A stretch of 64,000 nucleotides of DNA from Candidatus Cloacimonadales bacterium (GTDB lineage Bacteria > Cloacimonadota > Cloacimonadia > Cloacimonadales > JAFGVF01), in contig OY759729.1 in the NCBI GenBank assembly GCA_963662585.1, positions 1,088,001-1,152,000 of the forward strand, read 5' to 3'. A program made the translations under genes and the position numbers. The notes below the pieces were generated by a model. It worked only from the letters and a program-made list of their open reading frames with translations, made no database searches and had not been told where the DNA came from. Of the stretch, positions 1 through 9,037 are shown piece after piece (the stretch's first letter is position 1; every line of letters begins with the position of its first letter).

Positions 1-8
1 TCAGAAAA

Positions 9-1553
9 ATGACCAATTACAAAGAAATCTTGCGTTTATCTGCGCAAGGTATTAGTCAACGCGATATAGCTGTCAGTTTATCGCATTCTCGAAATACGAT
101 AGCTAAAGTACTTCAAGCAGCAGAACAACATGATGTAAAATGGCCTATTCCAGAAGAACTCAGCAATTTAGAGATCAAAAAAAGGTTATTCCCAGTAGAA
201 GACCTTAGGGAAGAAAGACGCACGCCTGATTTTGATTATATTCACAAAGAACTCAGCAAAAGTGGTGTAACATTATTGTTATTATGGTATGAGTATTGCG
301 AGACATGTAGTCTTAATAAAACCATACCTTTTCATTATACTCATTTTTGCAGACTCTACAAACAATATGCTCATAAAACTAGAGCAACAATGAGAATACA
401 TCATAAACCAGCTGAGAAACTTGAAGTTGATTGGTCAGGTCAACCTGCTTATCTTACGAACAATATTGATAGAACCCCTATAAAGGTATATATTTTTGTG
501 GCAGTACTTCCTTATAGTGGTTATACATATGTTGAGGCTTTCTTAAATATGAAGATGCAAAATTGGATACAAGCTCATATAAACTGCTATGAATATATGG
601 GTGGTGTAGCGAGGATTTTAGTTCCGGATAATCTTAAAACAGGCGTAACGCAAGTATCCCGAACTGAAAGTGTAATCAATAAGACCTACAATGACTTGGC
701 TAATCATTATGGAACAGTAGTAATTCCAGCTAGAGTAAGACACCCTAAAGATAAAGCCAGTGCAGAAGGAGCAGTAGGAAAAATATCAACATGGATAATA
801 GCAGCATTAAGAAATAGGCAATTCTTTACTCTTAATGAGCTTAATAAGGCAATTAAGGAAAAACTTAAAGATTTCAATACTAAACCCTTTCAGATTAAAG
901 ATGGGAGTCGTGAAAGCATATTCTTACTTGAAGAGCAAAAACTATTACTTCCATTGCCTGCCGATGCCTATGAGATTTCTACATGGTTAACAGCTACTGT
1001 ATCTTATAACTATCATATTCAAGTAGATAAAAGATATTATTCAGTACCGTATGAATATATACATCAAAAAGTAGATGTTCGCATTACTAAGAGAATAATA
1101 GAGATATATAATCAAGGTGAGCGAATAGCACTTCACCAACGTCTTAATATGGAAGACAATCGTTATCAAACTAACTTTAATCATATGCCGGAAAACCACC
1201 AAGAATACCACAAATGGGATGCAAATCGATTTATTAAATGGGGGCAAAGTATTGGACCCAGCACAGAAAAAACAATAATTTCAATATTTTCATCATGCAG
1301 TGTTGAACAACAAGGTTACCGAACTTGTATGGCAATATTAAACATAGAAAAGAAAACAGGAAAGGGGAAACTTGAAAATGCTTGCCAGCGAGCTCTTACT
1401 TATACCCCGAATCCAAGTTTAAAGATACTAAAAACTATTATCAAGTCTGATGAAATGCGGATTGAAAATAATCAAGATAAAGATAAGAGATCTGAGTCAG
1501 AATATGCTATAAAGCGTGAATCAGGTTATTACGGAGGAAATGAAAATGAATAA
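9..1553 (+). CDS. istA: IS21-family transposase IstA
   Basis: N-terminal HTH; DDE core motifs EVDWSG, LVPDNLKTGV, PKDKASAEGAV. Confidence 0.95.
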   Translation: MTNYKEILRLSAQGISQRDIAVSLSHSRNTIAKVLQAAEQHDVKWPIPEELSNLEIKKRLFPVEDLREERRTPDFDYIHKELSKSGVTLLLLWYEYCETCSLNKTIPFHYTHFCRLYKQYAHKTRATMRIHHKPAEKLEVDWSGQPAYLTNNIDRTPIKVYIFVAVLPYSGYTYVEAFLNMKMQNWIQAHINCYEYMGGVARILVPDNLKTGVTQVSRTESVINKTYNDLANHYGTVVIPARVRHPKDKASAEGAVGKISTWIIAALRNRQFFTLNELNKAIKEKLKDFNTKPFQIKDGSRESIFLLEEQKLLLPLPADAYEISTWLTATVSYNYHIQVDKRYYSVPYEYIHQKVDVRITKRIIEIYNQGERIALHQRLNMEDNRYQTNFNHMPENHQEYHKWDANRFIKWGQSIGPSTEKTIISIFSSCSVEQQGYRTCMAILNIEKKTGKGKLENACQRALTYTPNPSLKILKTIIKSDEMRIENNQDKDKRSESEYAIKRESGYYGGNENE

Positions 1554-2298
1554 TAATACAATCACAAAACTTAGAGAAATGAGTTTAAATGGAATGGCAG
1601 ATGCTATTAGAGAACAGATAAACAACAGCAATTATGAAAAGTATAGTTTTAAAGAACGTTTAGGAATGATCGTTGATAGCGAATGGGATAAACGAAGAAC
1701 TAATAAGATGATAAGATTACTCCATGATGCAAATTTCAAATTCATTAATGCAAATATAGCAGATGTAGATTATCATGAAGACCGAAATTTAGACAGAAGT
1801 CAGTTAATAGATTTATCGTCATGTTCTTATATACAGAGAAATGAGAATATAATCATAATGGGTGCTTCAGGAAGTGGTAAAACATGGTTATCATGTGCAT
1901 TAGGGAATCATGCTTGTAGAAAATACTATAGTGTGCGCTATATTAGACTTCCAGAACTATTAGATGATTTTGCAGTTGCCCGTAGCGAAAACAGTCATCA
2001 ACGGATCATAAAGAAATATGCAACAGTAAATCTATTAATTATTGATGAATGGTTACTTACCAATATTAGTGAAGATGAATCAAAGTATCTTTTTGAGCTT
2101 GTAGAGAAAAGATATATGAAGGGATCTACGATTATGTGTTCTCAGTTTAGAATAGGAGGATGGCATGACAAGATCGGTCAAACAACTCTTGCAGATGCCA
2201 TCCTAGATAGACTAGTGCACAATGCACACAGAATAATCATTGAAGGAAAAATGTCAATGAGAGAAAGACAAGGTCTAAAGCAAAATATCTCCAAATAA
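1546..2298 (+). CDS. istB: IS21 helper ATPase IstB
   Basis: Walker A GASGSGKT, Walker B LLIIDEW, DAILDRLVHNA; GGAGG at 1533-1537 favours ATG 1546 over the ORF-track start 1516. Confidence 0.95.
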   Translation: MNNNTITKLREMSLNGMADAIREQINNSNYEKYSFKERLGMIVDSEWDKRRTNKMIRLLHDANFKFINANIADVDYHEDRNLDRSQLIDLSSCSYIQRNENIIIMGASGSGKTWLSCALGNHACRKYYSVRYIRLPELLDDFAVARSENSHQRIIKKYATVNLLIIDEWLLTNISEDESKYLFELVEKRYMKGSTIMCSQFRIGGWHDKIGQTTLADAILDRLVHNAHRIIIEGKMSMRERQGLKQNISK

Positions 2299-2315
2299 TA
2301 TATAATCCCCCAATA

Positions 2316-2368
2316 AATCGGGCTGCTGCTCAGTTCGGACTATGTCCTCTCTTCGCAGCAGCCCGATT
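2316..2368. other. Inverted repeat inside IS21 right end
   Basis: AATCGGGCTGCTGC ... GCAGCAGCCCGATT arms. Confidence 0.7.
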
Positions 2369-2525
2369 AAAATACACTTTCGTCAACTTCTTATTGATAT
2401 AGAATTTAATCTATTGGTATCTGAATAATTGCATGGCTCTGTTTGTGATAATAGGTGGATCAATTGTATAATATTAGTGGCTCAACATAATGAGACTGGT
2501 TGGCTCTCTGGAGGATATTATGCAT

Positions 2526-2672
2526 CAAATCTCAGAAAAACACTCTGGTTTTATTATCAATACTGGAAATGCTACTGCTCAGAATGTTTAAGACTTGATT
2601 AAGCATATTCAACAAACGGTAATAAGCAAATTCGTGGTAACCCTTCATACTGAAGTGAGAATTATTGAGAAT
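2526..2672 (+). pseudogene. murB: 3' remnant of UDP-N-acetylenolpyruvoylglucosamine reductase
   Basis: Manual translation [47 protein letters not shown] matches the MurB C-terminal motifs (SxKHanF..N.G.AT; L..EVRII); in-frame TAA at 2589-2591; starts right after the IS end. Confidence 0.8.
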
Positions 2673-2759
2673 TTTACACTAATTTCCCCATTTAAAACGA
2701 ATTACTTTGGGTTGAATCGTGGATTTGTATAATTGTTTAATCGTATGTTAGAAGCCCTC

Positions 2760-2869
2760 TTAATCGGTGTCAATCTATGTAATCTGTGGACAAAAAGAGG
2801 GCGTATGCAATACGCCCCTACAAAATTCGAGAAAAAGGAAATGCCTTCAAGGATGAAGGCGCTCCCAGT
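2760..2869 (-). repeat. Palindromic repeat-module cluster (CTGGGAGCGCC, GTAGGGGCG and CACAGAT modules)
   Basis: Minus strand reads ACTGGGAGCGCCTTCATCCTTGAAGGC, GTAGGGGCGTATTGCATACGCCCC, CCACAGATTACATAGATT; related copies elsewhere in the window. Confidence 0.75.
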
Positions 2870-2883
2870 GTAAATTATTAATT

Positions 2884-3339
2884 CTACTCATATTTCTTCA
2901 ATCTTGCTGTAATCTTGTTAACATGTCCTACTTCTTGAAGTCTTAAATCTTCAAACACTTTTATGGCATAATCATCAAGAGCAGTAAAAGTCTTAAACAT
3001 TTCATAAGCTTTTGCTGTATTCTTTTCGCGACTAAGAGCTATATTAAGAACATCTACTGCCGAGAAAGAGCTCTCTATTTTATCAGTATTGACCAACATT
3101 TCAAGTAGGGTTTTATCAACATTGATAGTTTTCTCTAACTCAGCTTGACTTAGTCTCCCCTCTTCGAGTAATCCTCTTAATCTATTGTAGTGTCCTGTTT
3201 CTTCAGTTGCTAATTGACTAAGGACTTCTTTTACTTCTGGTTCATTTACTATTTCAGTTGCTTTTTTATAGAAGGAAAAGCTTTCTAATTCTATCTTTTC
3301 AGCATATTCAATTATTTCTTTAAGATTTAATTCTCTCAT
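2884..3339 (-). CDS. Ferritin-like/rubrerythrin-family protein (no rubredoxin domain)
   Basis: Two ExxH motifs (EETGH, QEVGH), AEKIE..SFSFY and ALSREK..AKAY helices. Confidence 0.85.
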   Translation of the reverse strand: MRELNLKEIIEYAEKIELESFSFYKKATEIVNEPEVKEVLSQLATEETGHYNRLRGLLEEGRLSQAELEKTINVDKTLLEMLVNTDKIESSFSAVDVLNIALSREKNTAKAYEMFKTFTALDDYAIKVFEDLRLQEVGHVNKITARLKKYE

Positions 3340-3384
3340 GTTTCCTCCAGAATTATTTTATGTTTTTTATTATATATTAAGTAA

Positions 3385-3892
3385 CACCCCCTGTGTCCCC
3401 CTCATGGAGAGGGATTTAAGAGATATAGTATCACCCCCTATGTCCCCCTCATGGATGGGGATTTAAGAGATATTGTTTCACCCCCTATGTCCCCCTCATG
3501 GAAGGGGATTTAAGAGATATTGTATCACCCCCTGTGTCCCCCTCACGGAAGGGGATTTAAGAGATATTGTTTCACCCCCTATGTCCCCCTCATGGATGGG
3601 GATTTAAGAGATATTGTTTCTCACCCTATGTCCCCCTCATGGATGGGGATTTAAGAGATATTGTTTCACCCCCTGTGTCCCCCTCATGGAGAGGGATTTA
3701 AGAGATATTGTATCACCCCCTGTGTCCCCCTCATGGAAGGGGATTTAAGAGATGTTGTTACACCCCCTGTGTCCCCCTCATGGATGGGGATTTAAGAGAT
3801 ATTGTATCACCCCCTGTGTCCCCCTCACGGAGGGGGATTTAGGAGATATTGTTTCACCCCCTGTGTCCCCCTCATGGAGGGGGATTTAAGAG
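3385..3892. repeat. Tandem array of 11 x 47-bp hairpin-containing units
   Basis: Unit CACCCCCTRTGTCCCCCTCAYGGANGGGGATTTAAGAGATATTGTWT starting at 3385, 3432, ... 3855; no unique spacers. Confidence 0.95.
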
Positions 3893-3905
3893 GATAAATT
3901 ATTCA

Positions 3906-5708
3906 CTATTTTTTCTTATTTAAATATCTGTCGATCGCTTTAGCAGCAACATGTCCGTTAGCAACACCATTAATAACATCAGGTCCTTTAATGATATCAC
4001 CACCGACGAAAAGCCATTCTAAAGAAGACTGGAAGCCTTCATTAACATCTATTCTGCCACGAGGACTAAATTTAATCTTACTTTTTAATTCATCTGAGAT
4101 ATATGATAAATCCATACCTTGACCGATTGATTCTACAACCATATCAGCCTTGAAGAACTTCTTCTCATTTGCATCAAATTTAGGATTAAACATACCAGCT
4201 TGATCAAAAACAGATAGACATTTAATAACATGCAAACCTGCAATTTTTCCATCTTTTATTTCAATTTCTTGAGGTCCCCAACCTGGTTCAATAATAGCTT
4301 TTTCTTCTCGAGATTCAACTATCTCTTCCCTATCGGCAGGCATTATATCTTCAGTTTCTAAACTGGTAGTTGTTATATCAACCTTACCATATTTTTGATT
4401 CTGTAATCTGGCTAAAGTTCTAGTAATATCCATTGCCACATTACCACCTCCAATAACTACTATCTTCTTACCAACAGGAATATCTTCACCAAGAGTGAAT
4501 TTCCTTAATAGATCAGTAGCGAAATATACTTCAGGATTGTCAGAACCTGGTATCCGAGTACTTCTACCTAAATGAAGTCCAGTAGCAGTATAAACAGCAG
4601 AATATTCTTCATGAAGTTTATCTAAAGTAATATCTTGCCCAACTCTGGTATTAAACTGAATTTCAACACCAAGAGACTTAATATAATCAATATCTTTGTT
4701 AATTGAATCATAAGGTAATCTATACTCAGGAATACCGTAGCGAGTCATACCACCACTATCAGGTAAAGCTTCAAATATCTTAATTTTATAACCCAAAATC
4801 GCCAAGTAATAGGCTGCAGATAAGCCGGCAGGACCAGCACCAATTATAGCTATTTTATGATTTAATTTAGGATCAGCAAGATGTTCAGTACCTAAGACTT
4901 CTTTATATCTCTCAGCAGGAATTTGGTCTGCGATATAGCGTTTTAACCAACGAATAGCAATTGATTCCCCATTGTTGTGTAGAGCACAAGCTGTTTCACA
5001 TTTATGAGTACAGATTCTACCACAAATTTCAGGAAGAGGATTTGTTTCATAGAGGATTCTAAAAGCTTCTTCGATATTATCTTCTCTGATAGCTGCTATG
5101 TAAGCAGGAATATCCATGTGTGCAGGGCAAGTAGCAGTACATAATCCACATTCTAAACATCTATCTGCTTCTAACATAGCCTGTTCTTTATTGTAGCCTT
5201 TTACAATTTCAATGAAAGATTTATCTCTCTCTTCAGGAGCTAACTCTTCCATTTCTACTCTATCAAATTCTATCAAACCGATTTCTTCTGAACGCTTATA
5301 TCCCTTCTCATCATCTTGCCATTTGGTCTTATCTGCTCCAGGAGTAAATCTAAACACTTCAGGATCATCATCTATCCAAATGTATTCATTAGACATTGTT
5401 AAGGCACTAGTTGGACAGATATCTACACACAAGGCACACCAACAACAACGACCATAATCTATGCGTGGACGCAATCCACTGTTGCCATCTTTGACTTCTT
5501 GACCTTCGACTGGAACTAAATCTATAGCTGCATTTTGGCAGATTTCTTCACAAGAACCACAACCAATGCACTTTGAGAAATCATTTTGGTGAAAACCACG
5601 ATAGTTATCAGCACCCGGTCTTTCAGTGAGAGGATCTTTAACTGTCCAAGGTTTCTCTGCTACTCTTTTCCATATTGTTAAGGGTTGAATCATATCTTTT
5701 AATTTCAT
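3906..5708 (-). CDS. MbxN/NuoI-like 2[4Fe-4S] domain fused to a GltD/NfnB-like FAD-dependent NAD(P)H oxidoreductase
   Basis: CIGCGSCEEIC and CCWCALCVDICP ferredoxin motifs; RCLECGLC..CP and CGRICTHKCETAC; GAGPAG and GGGNVAMD; RBS supports ATG 5708. Confidence 0.9.
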   Translation of the reverse strand: MKLKDMIQPLTIWKRVAEKPWTVKDPLTERPGADNYRGFHQNDFSKCIGCGSCEEICQNAAIDLVPVEGQEVKDGNSGLRPRIDYGRCCWCALCVDICPTSALTMSNEYIWIDDDPEVFRFTPGADKTKWQDDEKGYKRSEEIGLIEFDRVEMEELAPEERDKSFIEIVKGYNKEQAMLEADRCLECGLCTATCPAHMDIPAYIAAIREDNIEEAFRILYETNPLPEICGRICTHKCETACALHNNGESIAIRWLKRYIADQIPAERYKEVLGTEHLADPKLNHKIAIIGAGPAGLSAAYYLAILGYKIKIFEALPDSGGMTRYGIPEYRLPYDSINKDIDYIKSLGVEIQFNTRVGQDITLDKLHEEYSAVYTATGLHLGRSTRIPGSDNPEVYFATDLLRKFTLGEDIPVGKKIVVIGGGNVAMDITRTLARLQNQKYGKVDITTTSLETEDIMPADREEIVESREEKAIIEPGWGPQEIEIKDGKIAGLHVIKCLSVFDQAGMFNPKFDANEKKFFKADMVVESIGQGMDLSYISDELKSKIKFSPRGRIDVNEGFQSSLEWLFVGGDIIKGPDVINGVANGHVAAKAIDRYLNKKK

Positions 5709-5710
5709 AG

Positions 5711-6913
5711 TTACCTCTCTATTTCCGGTGGACATGTGTGAAGTGAAACCATCAAAGCTGCTAAATCAGAAATTGTAATATTAACAGCTAATTTCTCTAA
5801 AACAGATATGGCATGAGTATAACTTGCTCCACGAGCAAAGACTCGTCTAGGATATTTAGTTCCATCTGAGACCATATAATATCCATGCTCACCCCTAGTT
5901 GATTCTGCTTTAATATATGTTTGACCTGCTGGTATTTTCCAATGTAAAACATTAGGAAGTTTAGCTTGGATTTCTCCAGTTTCAGGTATCTTCTTTAATA
6001 TCTGCTCAACTAAAGACAAACTTTGCAATAACTCTTGAAAACGAAGTTCAGCTCTATCATAAGCATCACCAATATTAGAAGTTAGCATTTTGAAGCTTAA
6101 TTCAGGATATTTAAGATAAGGACTGTTAATTCTAATATCATCAGCTACTCCACTAGCTCTAGCTGTTGGTCCTACTATACCATACTCACTCACCATCTCT
6201 GGAGGAATAATACCTAAACCTTTCAGACGAGACTTAACAATAGTGTTATTGAAAAATACTCTTTCAATATCATCTAATAATTTATAGGTTCTATCAACTG
6301 TCTTACTCACTCTATCTTTGAATCCAACTGGTAAATCCTTACGAACTCCTCCAGGTATCATGTACATATGATAGACTCTTCCCCCAGTCATCTCTTCAAA
6401 TAGATCTAACCAGTAATCCCTCATCGCTACAGTCCACTGACCAATAGCACCCATTCCGAGAGAACCAGCTTGTCCACCTAGCCACATTAAAAAACTTGCA
6501 ACTCTTGACATTTCTAAGTTAAGAGTCCTTAGCCATTCTGCCTTTTCTGGAATTACTATACCAGCTAAATCTTCCATAGCAGCAGAGACACAATATTCGT
6601 TTGTATCTGGTTCTGGCACACAAATACGACATACAATAGGGAAGCATTGTATATATCTTCTTCTCTCCATGAGCTTTTCAAAACCTCTGTGAAGATAACC
6701 AACATGAGTTTTTGCATCTACAATCTCATCACCATTTACGATAATTTCTACAGACATATTACCTGTTACACCAGGGTGCTGAGGTCCTTGCCAAATCTTG
6801 GTAAATTTATGAGAAGTTAGGTCTATTACGGGATTCCCATTTTCCATTTCTGGGTACTTAGACCTATCAGCTACAAAATCTTTATATTTGCTTTCAGATA
6901 ATTTATTCATCAT
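5711..6913 (-). CDS. MbxL/MbsL-like (NuoD-like) catalytic subunit lacking the full NiFe ligand set
   Basis: GPQHPG, GYLHRGFEK, RICVPEPD and C-terminal TCPPEIER. Confidence 0.9.
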   Translation of the reverse strand: MMNKLSESKYKDFVADRSKYPEMENGNPVIDLTSHKFTKIWQGPQHPGVTGNMSVEIIVNGDEIVDAKTHVGYLHRGFEKLMERRRYIQCFPIVCRICVPEPDTNEYCVSAAMEDLAGIVIPEKAEWLRTLNLEMSRVASFLMWLGGQAGSLGMGAIGQWTVAMRDYWLDLFEEMTGGRVYHMYMIPGGVRKDLPVGFKDRVSKTVDRTYKLLDDIERVFFNNTIVKSRLKGLGIIPPEMVSEYGIVGPTARASGVADDIRINSPYLKYPELSFKMLTSNIGDAYDRAELRFQELLQSLSLVEQILKKIPETGEIQAKLPNVLHWKIPAGQTYIKAESTRGEHGYYMVSDGTKYPRRVFARGASYTHAISVLEKLAVNITISDLAALMVSLHTCPPEIER

Positions 6914-7463
6914 CCCTCCTTATTTTTGGAGATTCTGGATAATTAGGATATTTAGCGTCCTTCATCTTTTCCTTAGGGTCAGAAGTTTCTCTACCAGGAC
7001 GCTGATAATAAGTTTTTTGGGAGTAAGCTAAGGTATCAAAATCCCTTTTCATTGGAGGCATTTCATCCCAACTCTCTAAAATGAAAGCTTCGTTAACTCT
7101 CGGAGAATCAGGAAAGTCAATACCAAACATCTCATGAAGTTCTCTCTGATACTGCCACGCATGTGCCCATAACTGATGTATGGAGAACATCGTGTGCTCT
7201 TCCCTATCAATAAAGACATTAATACCTAAATTGACCTTTAACTCATAATTATATATCATATAAGTCAGCATGAATTTATTATCTTCCAGGTAATCTACTG
7301 CTTGTAGAAAAGCGAGATGTTTAAACTCAAGAGTATGTTTTAAGTAGCCAAGAGCCATTACTAATTGCTCTTTATCTAAGGTAATAAAGAATAAATCAGG
7401 GTGCTTTTCTACAACTTTTAGGACATTAACCATATTTTTTAATTTATTTATAATTTCTTTCAT
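6903..7463 (-). CDS. MbxK/NuoC-like subunit
   Basis: SIHQLW..AWQYQRELHEMFGIDF, PPMKRDFD. Confidence 0.9.
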   Translation of the reverse strand: MKEIINKLKNMVNVLKVVEKHPDLFFITLDKEQLVMALGYLKHTLEFKHLAFLQAVDYLEDNKFMLTYMIYNYELKVNLGINVFIDREEHTMFSIHQLWAHAWQYQRELHEMFGIDFPDSPRVNEAFILESWDEMPPMKRDFDTLAYSQKTYYQRPGRETSDPKEKMKDAKYPNYPESPKIRRDDE

Positions 7464-7471
7464 TTCATCTC

Positions 7472-8113
7472 CTACCAGTTATAGTCCGGCATATTCCAAT
7501 CTTTAATAATCCTCTTCTGATTGGCTTTATACCAGTCAAAGTTATCAGCATATTTATTCATACCATCACATTCACCAGCCTGAATCTTCTCTTTGAGTCT
7601 GTTAAAACCTGCAATTAAGGCTTCAGGACGAGGCATACAACCAGTAACATAGGTATCGACTGGAATATAGTGGTCAATTCTATTGATAGTATTATAGCTA
7701 TCATAATACATTCCACCGTTTATAGTACAAGATCCCAGAGCAATAACATATTTAGGTCCTTGCATCTGTTCATAAGAGCGAACGATTCTCTTAATAGTTT
7801 TTAGAGAAGCGTAGCCACCTATGATAAAGACATTTGCTTGTCGTGGAGTTGGTCTGCCAGCAATACCATATCTGAAAGCATCAAAGCGAGCAGTCATCAA
7901 GGGCCTGAGTTCGATAGCTCCACAACCAGTACCAAAAGCTAAAATCCAGAGGGATCTAGCTCTTGCCCAATTTAGAAACTGTTCTAAGTACTTATTTAGA
8001 GGTTCTATCCTTGAGGGTCTATCATCAGCGAAGAGGTCTCTCTCAATTTCTGGTAAACCTTCATTAGCCAATTTCATCTGTTTTTCTATTTCTTTAAGAT
8101 CTTTATTGTTCAT
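7472..8113 (-). CDS. MbxJ/NuoB-like [4Fe-4S] subunit
   Basis: WAR..SLW, GTGCGAIE, GSCTINGG, GCMPRPEA. Confidence 0.9.
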   Translation of the reverse strand: MNNKDLKEIEKQMKLANEGLPEIERDLFADDRPSRIEPLNKYLEQFLNWARARSLWILAFGTGCGAIELRPLMTARFDAFRYGIAGRPTPRQANVFIIGGYASLKTIKRIVRSYEQMQGPKYVIALGSCTINGGMYYDSYNTINRIDHYIPVDTYVTGCMPRPEALIAGFNRLKEKIQAGECDGMNKYADNFDWYKANQKRIIKDWNMPDYNW

Positions 8114-8122
8114 TTTGACTCC

Positions 8123-9034
8123 TTAAAAATAGGCAATAATTATTACTGAAAGAATACCGATTAAAGTTGGCACTCTTAGGAAAAAGCGGAAAGACTGTTC
8201 TGGTCTGAATCTAGGGAATGCTGCTCCAATGAATACGGAGAAGAGGTAGATACAGAAAGTCTTTAGCATCATAATCGGTAAATTAGTAGCTCCTCCGAAA
8301 AAGAGGTTCATAAAAAGCACTAATTTAGCAGAGGCGAAAAGAGCTCTATTAGTCTGAAGAATTCCTAAAAAACTGCCATTCATTTCTATTGGAGGTCCGA
8401 TAGGTATTTCTTGAGGAGCTAGCACTAAAGAAAATGGAGAGTGCATATTCATTCCTAAAAGAGATATCATAGCAGCAATCACAGCTAAAGGATTAGTGAA
8501 TAGAGTCCAATTTAACATGCCACCTTGTTGAGCAGCAACAATGCTAGTTATATTCAAAGTATTGTATTGAATAGCGATGGAAATCACTGCTAAGGAGAAA
8601 GGAAGTTCAAATGTGGACATCTGAGATAATCCACGAGCAATACCCAGAGGAGAATATGGATGACCACCTTCCCCTGCTCCGAGCGCCATTCCTAACTGAC
8701 CAAAGAAGATAAAATACATAACTAACAATAAATCTCCAGCCATGGAGTAGTTACTAAATACTACAGAACCATAAATCACAGGGATAAAAAGATAAGTACC
8801 CATTCCACCTGCTAAGCGGAAAACTGGTCCTAAGAAGAACATTATACCATGAGAAGTAGCAACTTTTCTACCATGAGTTTGAATGATATCTAATATCGGT
8901 TGCCATACAGGAGGTCCTATTCTTCTATGAACACGGGCATATATCTTATGCACTGTACCAACTAAAAGAAGTCCGTAAAGAGTTGCTACTAAAATAGAAA
9001 TAGCAGCATATACCATTTTAATAAAAATATCCAT
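8123..9034 (-). CDS. MbxM/NuoH-like membrane subunit
   Basis: ARVHRRIGPP.WQP..D, PRFRPEQ; multiple TM helices. Confidence 0.9.
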   Translation of the reverse strand: MDIFIKMVYAAISILVATLYGLLLVGTVHKIYARVHRRIGPPVWQPILDIIQTHGRKVATSHGIMFFLGPVFRLAGGMGTYLFIPVIYGSVVFSNYSMAGDLLLVMYFIFFGQLGMALGAGEGGHPYSPLGIARGLSQMSTFELPFSLAVISIAIQYNTLNITSIVAAQQGGMLNWTLFTNPLAVIAAMISLLGMNMHSPFSLVLAPQEIPIGPPIEMNGSFLGILQTNRALFASAKLVLFMNLFFGGATNLPIMMLKTFCIYLFSVFIGAAFPRFRPEQSFRFFLRVPTLIGILSVIIIAYF

Positions 9035-9037
9035 AAT

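Larger units (their letters stand above)
1..2524 (+). mobile_element. IS21-family insertion sequence (left end outside window)
   Basis: istA-istB pair; right end carries TGG(C/A)TC repeats at 2434, 2456, 2478, 2501 (22-23 bp spacing) and ends ...ATTATGCA at 2524, typical of IS21 ends. Confidence 0.9.

Noticed and set aside
3385..3892. CRISPR array
   Set aside because: Units are contiguous with no unique spacers, and there are no cas genes in the window.
3906..5708. Glutamate synthase small subunit (gltD)
   Set aside because: No gltB nearby; the domain is fused to a NuoI-like ferredoxin inside a respiratory operon.
5711..6913. Group 4 [NiFe]-hydrogenase or canonical complex I NuoD
   Set aside because: The two CxxC nickel motifs are not intact, no maturation genes are nearby, and the Mrp-type gene set lacks NuoA/J/EFG.
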